The notes below the pieces were generated by a model. It had not been told where the DNA came from, did no database searches, and saw nothing but the letters and a program-made list of their open reading frames with translations. A DNA stretch of 64,000 nucleotides, taken from a virus. The DNA is taken from IMG/VR virus record IMGVR_UViG_3300023179_006341, positions 1-64,000 of that record, one strand, 5' to 3'. Below are positions 38,907 to 47,559 of this stretch, piece after piece. The position numbers and the translations under genes were made by a program. Within the stretch, counting starts at the first letter, position 1. Each line of letters opens with the position of its first letter.

Positions 38907-40370
38907 ATGGATAAAAAGCACAAAAAATTACTAAAGTTTACTGATTGGGTTATTGGTCGTTTAGGCATAAAAAATAAACCACAGATACGCTTTAGTGATG
39001 ACAAATCGGAAGTTACCAAACATAGAACATTTGGTTCGACCACCCCTAATAATACCATATGGGTGCATGTTGGTGACCGTAATACAGCAGATGTTATGCG
39101 TACATTATGCCATGAATTAGTACATGCAAAACAATTTGAAATTGGTACCGCTAAAGCAAAGATGGCTCCAAAGCGTGAACAAGGCATAGAAGATGAGGCC
39201 AATGCAGTAGCAGGACGTATGATGCGTAAGTATGGTAAGATGGATGCCACCATTTATGAGAGTAAAGAACGTGCATGTTGTGCAGAATTACGTCAAGGTT
39301 TACTTAAGTTAGAAAAGACTGATTACGATACGATTGATCGTTTAATGAAGAAAATAGCCAAAAAGCATAACATTACTCCAAAACAATTACATGATTACTT
39401 TGTTGAAACACATGGTGTTATACCTGATACATGGATTAAAAACAAGAAGAAAGAGTTAAAAGAAAGTGATTTAGGCGAATATAAAATTGTTAATATTCCT
39501 GAATTTAGGATACAGGAGTTGATTAAAAGCGGTAATGAACACAAAGATACGATGAAAATTATTAAATCACCTGTAAGTGATTTATTTAGAGTGAGATTAG
39601 ATATAGAACATCCATATCGTGATTATTTTTTATATGATAAGAAAAATGATGTGTGTGTTGGTGCAGTATCTATTGAAACTGTTACTTCAATCCCAAGAAA
39701 AGCTTTTAATGCTATATTAAAAACTAATGTAGCTGTTGTTAGCCCACATATTGTATTGGATAAAGCATACCGTCAAAGTGGGTTAGGCAGTAGAATATAT
39801 TCTAGTTTTTTATATAGTAAAAATTGGGTGTTTATTACGGATAGACATACTGAAGCAGCATCTAAGTTATGGAATGCTTTAAGTAGTAAAAATGGTTTTG
39901 TGACATTATTTTATGATGTTGTCCAACAGAAAGTAGTTAATGATGTAAACGAAAATACCTTTCGTTTAATTGGTGCACCTGAACATTTTAAAATTAAGTT
40001 ATCAGAAAGTCGTGAAGGGTCATTAACGCATGAAGTAGCAGATAGTTTACCACATGCTTATGTATTACCTGACATTAATAGTGGTAATCCATATTTACAA
40101 TACAAGTTTGGGGTGGCTATTGCTTCAGCACGTGGCGCACAATCACGTAAAGATGATAATATTAACCCATTTGATGAAAACGGTATGACAGACGTATTTT
40201 CAGATAAAGAATTTGTAGTAAGTTTTGACCCACATATTGATGAAATTATTACTGCAGCATTGAAAAAAATTGGTATGCCTAATAACAAAAAGCAAGTTGG
40301 GGTAAAAGGTAGTAAAGAAAGCAATGATGTTGCCAAAGTAAGCCCTGTTATAGGATTTAAGGGGTTCTAA
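38907..40370 (+). CDS. multidomain protein: HExxH metallopeptidase, small domain, GNAT-like domain, and a C-terminal domain shared with 41490..41861
   Basis: RTLCHELVH...EDEANA; LDKAYRQSGLGSRIY...TEAASKLW; ends SPVIGFKGF. Confidence 0.6.
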   Translation: MDKKHKKLLKFTDWVIGRLGIKNKPQIRFSDDKSEVTKHRTFGSTTPNNTIWVHVGDRNTADVMRTLCHELVHAKQFEIGTAKAKMAPKREQGIEDEANAVAGRMMRKYGKMDATIYESKERACCAELRQGLLKLEKTDYDTIDRLMKKIAKKHNITPKQLHDYFVETHGVIPDTWIKNKKKELKESDLGEYKIVNIPEFRIQELIKSGNEHKDTMKIIKSPVSDLFRVRLDIEHPYRDYFLYDKKNDVCVGAVSIETVTSIPRKAFNAILKTNVAVVSPHIVLDKAYRQSGLGSRIYSSFLYSKNWVFITDRHTEAASKLWNALSSKNGFVTLFYDVVQQKVVNDVNENTFRLIGAPEHFKIKLSESREGSLTHEVADSLPHAYVLPDINSGNPYLQYKFGVAIASARGAQSRKDDNINPFDENGMTDVFSDKEFVVSFDPHIDEIITAALKKIGMPNNKKQVGVKGSKESNDVAKVSPVIGFKGF

Positions 40371-40371
40371 A

Positions 40372-41046
40372 ATGAAAATCGTAGAAATTATTAATGAAGA
40401 TACAGTTAATGAAATAAATTGGCGTAAAGCTGCTGCTACAGGTGCAACCGCATTGGCTGCGATGGGTGCATTAGGCAAAGCAGATGCAAGCGACAATACT
40501 AGAAGGGTAAGTCCACAAGCAGATGGCTCAATGAGCCAAAGTTTTGCACAGCAAGTTGCTGCAAACGCACCGAAGATACAAGTAGTTAAACCATTAGCCA
40601 ATGATTTTGAACAAATTGTCTATAAAGATACACATAGTAATAGATTTCTTAATGGGGTAAGAGATACTGCAGATGGTACTATTATATTACAAAGTGGTGC
40701 TGATAGTTTTCAAATTATAAGAGTTGCTAATGGTAAGGAAACAATTGATTATGTTAGTTCTAGAGTTTTGGGAAATGATACAAAAGCAGCTTTACAATCA
40801 ATAGCTAACAAATCAGATTCACAGCCAATGGCTCAACCTACTCAAAATGTTTCAGTTAAAGGAAATACACTAAGCTACAATGGAAAAGACTATAACATTG
40901 TTAGAATTAACAAAGATGGTTTACAGCCAAGGATAAGCAGGTTTGATGCTAAAGTATTAGTAGCATATCCTGATTTAGGAATTAGAAGCTTAGGATCTGC
41001 TAATGCAACTTTAGCAGGTGATACTGCTTACGTTTATATGGACTAA
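40372..41046 (+). CDS. putative internal head protein with a signal-peptide-like segment after the N-terminal leader
   Basis: MKIVEIINEDTVNE then INWRKAAATGATALAAMGALGKADA. Confidence 0.55.
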   Translation: MKIVEIINEDTVNEINWRKAAATGATALAAMGALGKADASDNTRRVSPQADGSMSQSFAQQVAANAPKIQVVKPLANDFEQIVYKDTHSNRFLNGVRDTADGTIILQSGADSFQIIRVANGKETIDYVSSRVLGNDTKAALQSIANKSDSQPMAQPTQNVSVKGNTLSYNGKDYNIVRINKDGLQPRISRFDAKVLVAYPDLGIRSLGSANATLAGDTAYVYMD

Positions 41047-41047
41047 C

Positions 41048-41482
41048 ATGAGAATATACGAAATATTAAAAGAAGATGCGGAAGACCGCCCACATTTATC
41101 AAAAGATCAGCTTGATGCGGTTGAACGTTTTGCTGATAAGTTATGGGAAAAATTAGGTATCGATGTAAAATTTGGTAGTCATTTTTTAGAACGATTATAT
41201 CGTCGTGAAAATGATCCACCCATTTCAGGGGCAGAATTAGTTCGTTTATTTAAACAAGAGTATCAAAAATATGGTAAAGAGATTGCATCATTACCACCTG
41301 AAACTGAAGGTGTGTTTATGGATTTATTGACTAACGTAAACTTACCCTTTGTTATTAAGCAACGTGACGAAGATGAACCAAAGAAAATATTAGGGCAAAC
41401 GATTATGCGTAAACCTAGTAATACAGTAAAGGGTGAATTTGTGCCTAAAGGTAAACCTTATAAAATTGGTAGAACGGATTAA
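41048..41482 (+). CDS. putative internal head protein
   Basis: MRIYEILKE; VERFADKLW..LGIDVKFGSHFLER. Confidence 0.55.
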   Translation: MRIYEILKEDAEDRPHLSKDQLDAVERFADKLWEKLGIDVKFGSHFLERLYRRENDPPISGAELVRLFKQEYQKYGKEIASLPPETEGVFMDLLTNVNLPFVIKQRDEDEPKKILGQTIMRKPSNTVKGEFVPKGKPYKIGRTD

Positions 41483-41489
41483 ATACAAT

Positions 41490-41861
41490 ATGCGAGCAAA
41501 AGAATTTATAACAGAACAAAACAGTATTGGCGAACCACCTGTTCGTGCAAAAGAAGCTTCACGTGGTTTACATAAATTTCGTGACTTAGAAGGTATGGAT
41601 CGTATTTACGAACTTAACCGTGTGATGATGGCAGTTGCCTGTACTGATGGAACTAAACCCGTAACGCTAGATTCTGAAAGTTATACAGGGCGTTACAATA
41701 CTGCACATCCTTATACAAAACAAGAACAAGATATGTTAAAAGTGGCATATGCTGCCGTAGGGTCAGATATGCATGATTTTAATGATGGTGATATGCGTAG
41801 TTTAGAAGTTAAAGATACAAATAAAACAAGCCCAATTCAGTCATTCAAAGGCTTCAAGTAA
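41490..41861 (+). CDS. putative internal head protein
   Basis: MRAKEFITE; TAAATA 4 nt before ATG; ends SPIQSFKGFK. Confidence 0.6.
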   Translation: MRAKEFITEQNSIGEPPVRAKEASRGLHKFRDLEGMDRIYELNRVMMAVACTDGTKPVTLDSESYTGRYNTAHPYTKQEQDMLKVAYAAVGSDMHDFNDGDMRSLEVKDTNKTSPIQSFKGFK

Positions 41862-41911
41862 AAAATTATCTCCGTCATGCAACAGCATAAGTAGTTACAC
41901 AGAGGACTACT

Positions 41912-42607
41912 ATGAAAAATATTGATATTAACAAAACAATCGATGGTGTTAAATTAAAATGGTACCATGAATGGTTAGCTACTCATATCTATGATGAAGG
42001 TGAAAGTGGCTTTCATGAACAACTTACAAGACAGGTTGTAACAAAGTATGTTGACCCTATTCAATTACCTAAAGATGCTAAAATTTTAGACATGGGCTGT
42101 GGTCCAGGCTACTTTATGAACGAAATGAAGCAACGTGGTTATACCAATTACCTTGGTATTACCTTAAGTCAAGGTGATATTGATATATGTAATAAAAATG
42201 GACATAAAGTTGAGTCATACGATTTGAGCTTTTTACCTCAAGAAAAGGGATATATAGATGAGTCAGTTGATTTTATCTTTTGTCGCCATGCATTAGAACA
42301 TAGCCCATATCCATTGTTTACTTTGGTTGAATATAATCGTGTGCTAAAACAAGGTTCTAAATTATATATTGAAGTACCCGCACCTGATTGTGAACGTATG
42401 CATGAATTTAACATTAATCACTATAGCATTTTTGGTGAACGTATGTTAGCAGCTTTACTACAGCGTACAGGATTTACAATTAATTTGTTTGAAAATTTAG
42501 AATTTGATCTTAATATGGGTCAAAATGAAGATGGTACACCACGTGCAGTACGTGAAAAGTTTTACTGTATCGTTGCTACAAAGGCTAGACCACTCGATTT
42601 AAAATAA
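41912..42607 (+). CDS. class I SAM-dependent methyltransferase
   Basis: ILDMGCGPG; DFIFCRHALEH; RVLKQG..YIEVP. Confidence 0.9.
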   Translation: MKNIDINKTIDGVKLKWYHEWLATHIYDEGESGFHEQLTRQVVTKYVDPIQLPKDAKILDMGCGPGYFMNEMKQRGYTNYLGITLSQGDIDICNKNGHKVESYDLSFLPQEKGYIDESVDFIFCRHALEHSPYPLFTLVEYNRVLKQGSKLYIEVPAPDCERMHEFNINHYSIFGERMLAALLQRTGFTINLFENLEFDLNMGQNEDGTPRAVREKFYCIVATKARPLDLK

Positions 42608-42624
42608 CACTCATAAATATCTTT

Positions 42625-42819
42625 ATGAGTGATTTAGATGATTTAAGAAAATTGGCAGGTATTACCCTGCCAAATTCTTCTGATTATGGTGCAGCGATTA
42701 GTATGTCTGCTACCCAAAAAGCGCAAATAATGCGAGAGAAAAATATTAGGCCTGGCGATCCTGCATGGTTTAAGTTATGGTTTTCCCAAACACATCTAAC
42801 AGGAGAAAAACCAATTTAG
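42625..42819 (+). CDS. small conserved phage protein
   Basis: LRKLAGI; NIRPGDPAWFKLWF; TAAATA-N5-ATG. Confidence 0.7.
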   Translation: MSDLDDLRKLAGITLPNSSDYGAAISMSATQKAQIMREKNIRPGDPAWFKLWFSQTHLTGEKPI

Positions 42820-42845
42820 ATAAATAAATTAATAGAGAAACTATT

Positions 42846-44687
42846 ATGGCAGAACCTAATCCATCAAATGTAGCCCCATGGTATTTACGTAATATCAATC
42901 AAGCACTAGCTTTAGATGAAGATAGTGGAAATGTTTTTGTAAGAACGGGATTTCAGGGTAATATAATTATTTCAGGTAATGTAAATATTCCTGGCACTGT
43001 TACGGTAGATAGTTCTCCCGAAGATCCTGTGCATGTTCACTTAGATGAAATCGGAACATCGGGTATTCTTAATGTACCTTATATGCCAATCGGAGGTAAT
43101 GTAGTAGTAACATCAGGCAATGTCAACGCTAATGTATCGGGAAATGTAGGTATTACAGGTAATGTTAACATCGGTACTATGCCAAATGTTAACGCAAACA
43201 TTACTAGTAATGTAACAGTAGTTGATGGAGGTGGTAGTTTAACAGTTGATGGTAATGTAGGTATTACAGGCAATGTTAATATTGGTACAATGCCAAATGT
43301 TAATGCTTTAGTAACAGGAAATGTAACTTCCACATTAAGTGGCAATTTAGCAGGTATTACAGGAAATGTAACAGTAGTTGATGGAGGTGGTAGTTTAACA
43401 GTTGATGGTAATGTTGGTGTGACAGGTAATGTCAATATAGGCACCATGCCTAATGTTAATGCCAGCGTATCAGGCAATGTAAGCATAACTAACAATGCTA
43501 ATGTAGTATTAGGTGGTACTAATTTAGACGCATTTGGTCGTTTGCGTGTAAGTAATCCTGTTACATTATTTGATTCTCAGAATCGTTACTTAGATGGTCA
43601 ACAATTTAGCACTATAACTGCAGGTGGTGGCTTAAGAACTTATGTTCAAAATGAGAGTAGTTTTAATTTAGCAGTGGGAACTGCCAATGGTGATAGTGTT
43701 ATCACGCAATCATATACAACACAAGCGTATCAACCTGGTAAAAGTTTATTAGCACTCAATACATTTGCGTTTGCTAGTGCTAAACCAAATTTAAGACAAC
43801 GAGTGGGATATTTTACAAGTCAAAATGGTGTATTTTTTGAACAAGATGGTAGCACATTGTATATGGTAGTTAGAAGTTATACTACAGGTGCTGCTGTAGA
43901 CACTAGAGTAGCACAAAGTAGTTGGAACGGTGATGCACTAGATGGAAATGGTCCTAGCGGAATTACATTAGATCCTACACTTGTTCAAATATTTTGGTTA
44001 GACATTGAGTGGTTGGGTGTAGGCAACGTACGCACAGGCTTTGTGATAAATGGACAATTTATAGTTTGCCATACATTTACACATGCTAATGTCGTAGGAA
44101 ATACAAAAGTATACATGACAACTGCTACTCTGAACCCAAGATATGAAATTACTAATACAGGAATAACAGGTAGTGCTAGTACGATGAAGCAAATCTGTAG
44201 CACAGTAATGAGCGAAGGTGGCTATAATCCTAGCGTAAGCATACAATATAGCACCAATGGCACAAATGTAACTAGAGTATCAGGGTCAAATACGTTAACA
44301 AGTTTGACAAGCATAAGATTGAACCCTAGTTATCCTGATGCAGTTGTACTTCCTGCGCAAGTTGATTTATTATTAATTGATACAAGGTATGGGCAGTTTC
44401 AATTGATCGAAAATGCTACATTAGGTAATGCAGTATGGAGCAATGCTAGTGCCACAAGTGTAGTTCAAACTAGCGTTACTACCGATATAATAACTAATGG
44501 TAATGTAGTTTATGCAGGGCTTACTAGTAGTAGAGACAGCCTTGAGATCAGCGAGGACATAGCAAAAAGATTACAATTAAAAAGGTATGCGAACGGTAGT
44601 CCTATAACATTGACATTAGCCGTTTCTTATACAGGGACTAATACTGATGTACTATGGAAGCTAGGTTGGGAAGAAATTACTAATTGA
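42846..44687 (+). CDS. virion structural protein with N-terminal GNV-rich repeats
   Basis: Repeated GNVGITGNVNIGTMPNVNA; DAFGRLRVS, YQPGKS, DIEWLGVG C-terminal domain. Confidence 0.7.
   Translation: MAEPNPSNVAPWYLRNINQALALDEDSGNVFVRTGFQGNIIISGNVNIPGTVTVDSSPEDPVHVHLDEIGTSGILNVPYMPIGGNVVVTSGNVNANVSGNVGITGNVNIGTMPNVNANITSNVTVVDGGGSLTVDGNVGITGNVNIGTMPNVNALVTGNVTSTLSGNLAGITGNVTVVDGGGSLTVDGNVGVTGNVNIGTMPNVNASVSGNVSITNNANVVLGGTNLDAFGRLRVSNPVTLFDSQNRYLDGQQFSTITAGGGLRTYVQNESSFNLAVGTANGDSVITQSYTTQAYQPGKSLLALNTFAFASAKPNLRQRVGYFTSQNGVFFEQDGSTLYMVVRSYTTGAAVDTRVAQSSWNGDALDGNGPSGITLDPTLVQIFWLDIEWLGVGNVRTGFVINGQFIVCHTFTHANVVGNTKVYMTTATLNPRYEITNTGITGSASTMKQICSTVMSEGGYNPSVSIQYSTNGTNVTRVSGSNTLTSLTSIRLNPSYPDAVVLPAQVDLLLIDTRYGQFQLIENATLGNAVWSNASATSVVQTSVTTDIITNGNVVYAGLTSSRDSLEISEDIAKRLQLKRYANGSPITLTLAVSYTGTNTDVLWKLGWEEITN
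43209..43414 (+). repeat. 50-bp identical intragenic direct repeat (43209-43258 and 43365-43414)
   Basis: aatgtaacagtagttgatggaggtggtagtttaacagttgatggtaatgt, offset 156 nt. Confidence 0.85.
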
Positions 44688-44693
44688 CTGTAA

Positions 44694-45626
44694 ATGAATC
44701 ATTCAAACACTGTAAAATTAATTAAAAATCCATACGAAGCAACAGTTTTTAAAAACGACAACGAATTACAAGATTTTATAAAATGTTGTGACCCACAAAC
44801 AGGTTATCTATATTTTATGGATAATTTCTTTATTATTCAACACCCAACCAAAGGTAGTATGAATTATCATCCGTGGTCATATCAAAAACGATTAATAGAA
44901 ACTTATCATAATTATAGATATTCAATAGCGTTGATGCCACGTCAAAGTGGTAAAAGTACAAGTGCAGCAGGTTATCTTTTATGGTATGCAATGTTTGTTC
45001 CTGATAGCACAATTTTAATAGCTGCACATAAGTATGCAGGTTCACAAGAAATTATGCAACGTATACGATATGGTTATGAAAATTGTCCATTACACATTAA
45101 AGCAGGGGTTGTTACATATAATAAAGGATCACTAGATTTTGAAAATGGCAGTAGGATTATTTCCGCTACTACAACAGAAACTACAGGTCGTGGTCTCTCA
45201 ATATCATTATTATACTTAGATGAGTTTGCGTTCGTAAGACCAAGCATTGCTAAAGAATTTTGGACTTCTATTGCACCAACCTTAGCAACAGGTGGTAAAG
45301 CAATCATAACAAGCACACCAAATAGTGATGAAGATCAATTTGCTATAATTTGGAAAGGTGCAAATAAAACACAAGATGAATATGGTAATACAACAGAATT
45401 GGGAGTAAATGGATTTAAAGCATATAAAGCACATTGGAGCGAACAACCAGGTCGTGACACCGCTTGGGCTGACAACATGAAAGCACAATTAGGTGAAGAA
45501 CGTTTCAGACGAGAAATTGGGTGTTTTTCGGGTAAGACAAATATAAGACTTAAAGACTCAACAGGTAAAATATTTACAACAACCATGGAAGAATTAGAAA
45601 AAATGTTAGCAATTCGTAATAGCTGA
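44694..45626 (+). CDS. terL: terminase large subunit, N-terminal ATPase part, fused to a 34-aa N-intein (45522-45623)
   Basis: PRQSGKST; GRGLSISLLYLDEFAF; ITSTPN; RFRREIG|CFSGKTNIRL. Confidence 0.95.
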   Translation: MNHSNTVKLIKNPYEATVFKNDNELQDFIKCCDPQTGYLYFMDNFFIIQHPTKGSMNYHPWSYQKRLIETYHNYRYSIALMPRQSGKSTSAAGYLLWYAMFVPDSTILIAAHKYAGSQEIMQRIRYGYENCPLHIKAGVVTYNKGSLDFENGSRIISATTTETTGRGLSISLLYLDEFAFVRPSIAKEFWTSIAPTLATGGKAIITSTPNSDEDQFAIIWKGANKTQDEYGNTTELGVNGFKAYKAHWSEQPGRDTAWADNMKAQLGEERFRREIGCFSGKTNIRLKDSTGKIFTTTMEELEKMLAIRNS

Positions 45627-45647
45627 TGAAATAGTATAAATAAATAT

Positions 45648-46469
45648 ATGTTACAAAATAAATATCAAAAATGGTATATGAAAATAATATATCATGCTAC
45701 AAATCAAAAAAGACCACAAAAAGGTCATGAAATGCATCATATCATCCCAAAATGTATGGGTGGTTTAAACAAAAAAGAAAATTTAGTTAGACTTACATTA
45801 CGAGAACATTATATTTGTCATTTGTTATTGCCAAAGTTTACAACAGGCGATGACCAAAGAAAATTAAAATTTGCTCTTTGGTGTTTTATTAATAAGTGGG
45901 GAAGAAAATCTTGCAAATTTAAAATGAATAGTAAAATGTACGAAAAATTAAAGATTGAAATTTCTGATCAAATTTCTAAACTTAACAAAGGTAAAATTAA
46001 CCCCCCTTTAAGCGTGGAAATGATTAAAAAATTTTCTGAACGAATGAGAGGTGATTCTAACCCCATGTATGGAAAATTGGGTTCTGAAAATCCAAATTTT
46101 GGTAAGAAACGGCCTGGTATAGGTGGTAGAAAAAAAGGCACTACATGGTCAGACGAAGAGCGTTCTATACATCTTAAGATACGATCAGAAATAGGATATT
46201 ATAATTATTTAAAAGATCCGAAAAGAGGAGAAAAAATAAGTAATTCACAACGAGGAAGAATTGGGACAGCTTTGGGAAAAGTTTGGTATAACGATGGTAT
46301 TAATGAATACTATGGAAATCAAGTTCCTATAGGATTTAATAAAGGTAGATTGATTTCAAATTCTTCTAAAAAAGGCATGAAATGGTTTACTAATGGGGTA
46401 GTAAGTAAACAGTTTAAAGAAGATATGCAACCACAGGATTTTATTCGTGGAAGAATTATTAAAAAATAA
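45648..46469 (+). mobile_element. HNH homing endonuclease between the split-intein halves
   Basis: EMHHIIPKCMGG...NLVRLTLREHYICHLLL; NPMYGK, NPNFGK; WYNDG/WFTNG...GR repeats; own TATAAATA at 45635. Confidence 0.92.
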
Positions 46470-47532
46470 CTTAGGGCTACAAATACTTACTGATACAGGT
46501 TGGCAATCTTTTAGCGGCATTGTCAAAAAAGGTATTAAACACACTATAACTATAGAATTAGAAAATATCTCAGTAACTTTAACACCCGATCATAATGTTT
46601 TTTTGGAAAATTTGACAAAAATACCTGCGAACAACCTTAGAAAGGGTGACAGTGTTTGTACATTAAATGGGCCGCAAATTGTAAAAAATATTTATGAGCA
46701 TTGTTTAGAAGTTGTTTACGATATAGTTAATGCAGGTTCCAATAAAAGATTTTATGCAGATGATATACTTTGTTCAAACTGTGAATTTATTATTGGTGAT
46801 GAAACACTTATTAATCCTCTTATATTGAATACTCTTGAAGGTATTGAACCAATTGAAAGAATGGGTCAAGTACGTTGGTTTTCTAAACCGCAAAAGGGTA
46901 ATATTTATTGTGTAGGATTAGATCCAAGTTTAGGTACAGGAAGTGATCCTGCTGCAATACAAATATTTGAGGCTAATACAACTAAACAAGTTGGTGAATG
47001 GAAACATAATCGTACTACAATACCTGAACAAATTAAATTATTAGCTAAGATCATTGATTATATTGTAGATATCACAAAAGAACCAAATAATTTATATTAT
47101 AGTTTAGAAAATAATACTATAGGTGAAGCAGCATTGATCTCATTAGCAGAATATGGTGAAGAAAACATCAAGGGAACAATGTTAAGTGAACCTAAACAAG
47201 TAGGATCGACTAGAAGATATCGTAAAGGATTTAATACCACACAAAAAAGTAAATTAGCAGCATGTTCAAAGTTAAAAAATTTAATTGAAAGTGGAAAAAT
47301 GTCACTTAAGAGTAATGCTTTGATATCTGAATTAAAGTCATTTGTTGCTGCAGAAGGTAGTTATGCTGCTAAAATTGGAGAAACTGATGATTTAGTTATG
47401 GCAACATTATTAGTTGTAAGAATATTTCAACATTTACAAAACTATCATAGTGATTTAGACACGCATCTTAAAGATCATAGTGAATATATTGAACCAATGC
47501 CTTTTATAATGACATTAAGTTCTGTAAGCTGA
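46447..47532 (+). CDS. terL: 111-aa C-intein (46447-46779) plus terminase large subunit nuclease domain
   Basis: ILTDTGW; block B TPDH; block F VYDI; block G ILCSN|CEF; then VGLDPSLGTGSD, LENNTIG, TDDLVMA. Confidence 0.93.
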   Translation: MEELLKNNLGLQILTDTGWQSFSGIVKKGIKHTITIELENISVTLTPDHNVFLENLTKIPANNLRKGDSVCTLNGPQIVKNIYEHCLEVVYDIVNAGSNKRFYADDILCSNCEFIIGDETLINPLILNTLEGIEPIERMGQVRWFSKPQKGNIYCVGLDPSLGTGSDPAAIQIFEANTTKQVGEWKHNRTTIPEQIKLLAKIIDYIVDITKEPNNLYYSLENNTIGEAALISLAEYGEENIKGTMLSEPKQVGSTRRYRKGFNTTQKSKLAACSKLKNLIESGKMSLKSNALISELKSFVAAEGSYAAKIGETDDLVMATLLVVRIFQHLQNYHSDLDTHLKDHSEYIEPMPFIMTLSSVS

Positions 47533-47559
47533 TAAATACACTATAAAAGTGGATTTATC

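Noticed and set aside
43100-43500. CRISPR-like repeats
   Set aside because: In-frame coding repeats of a structural protein; no constant repeat-spacer periodicity. No CRISPR array was seen anywhere in the window
45522-46779. Group I intron or pseudogenised terminase
   Set aside because: Only 21 nt of non-coding DNA flank the HNH gene, too little for a ribozyme core; intact intein motifs on both halves explain the split
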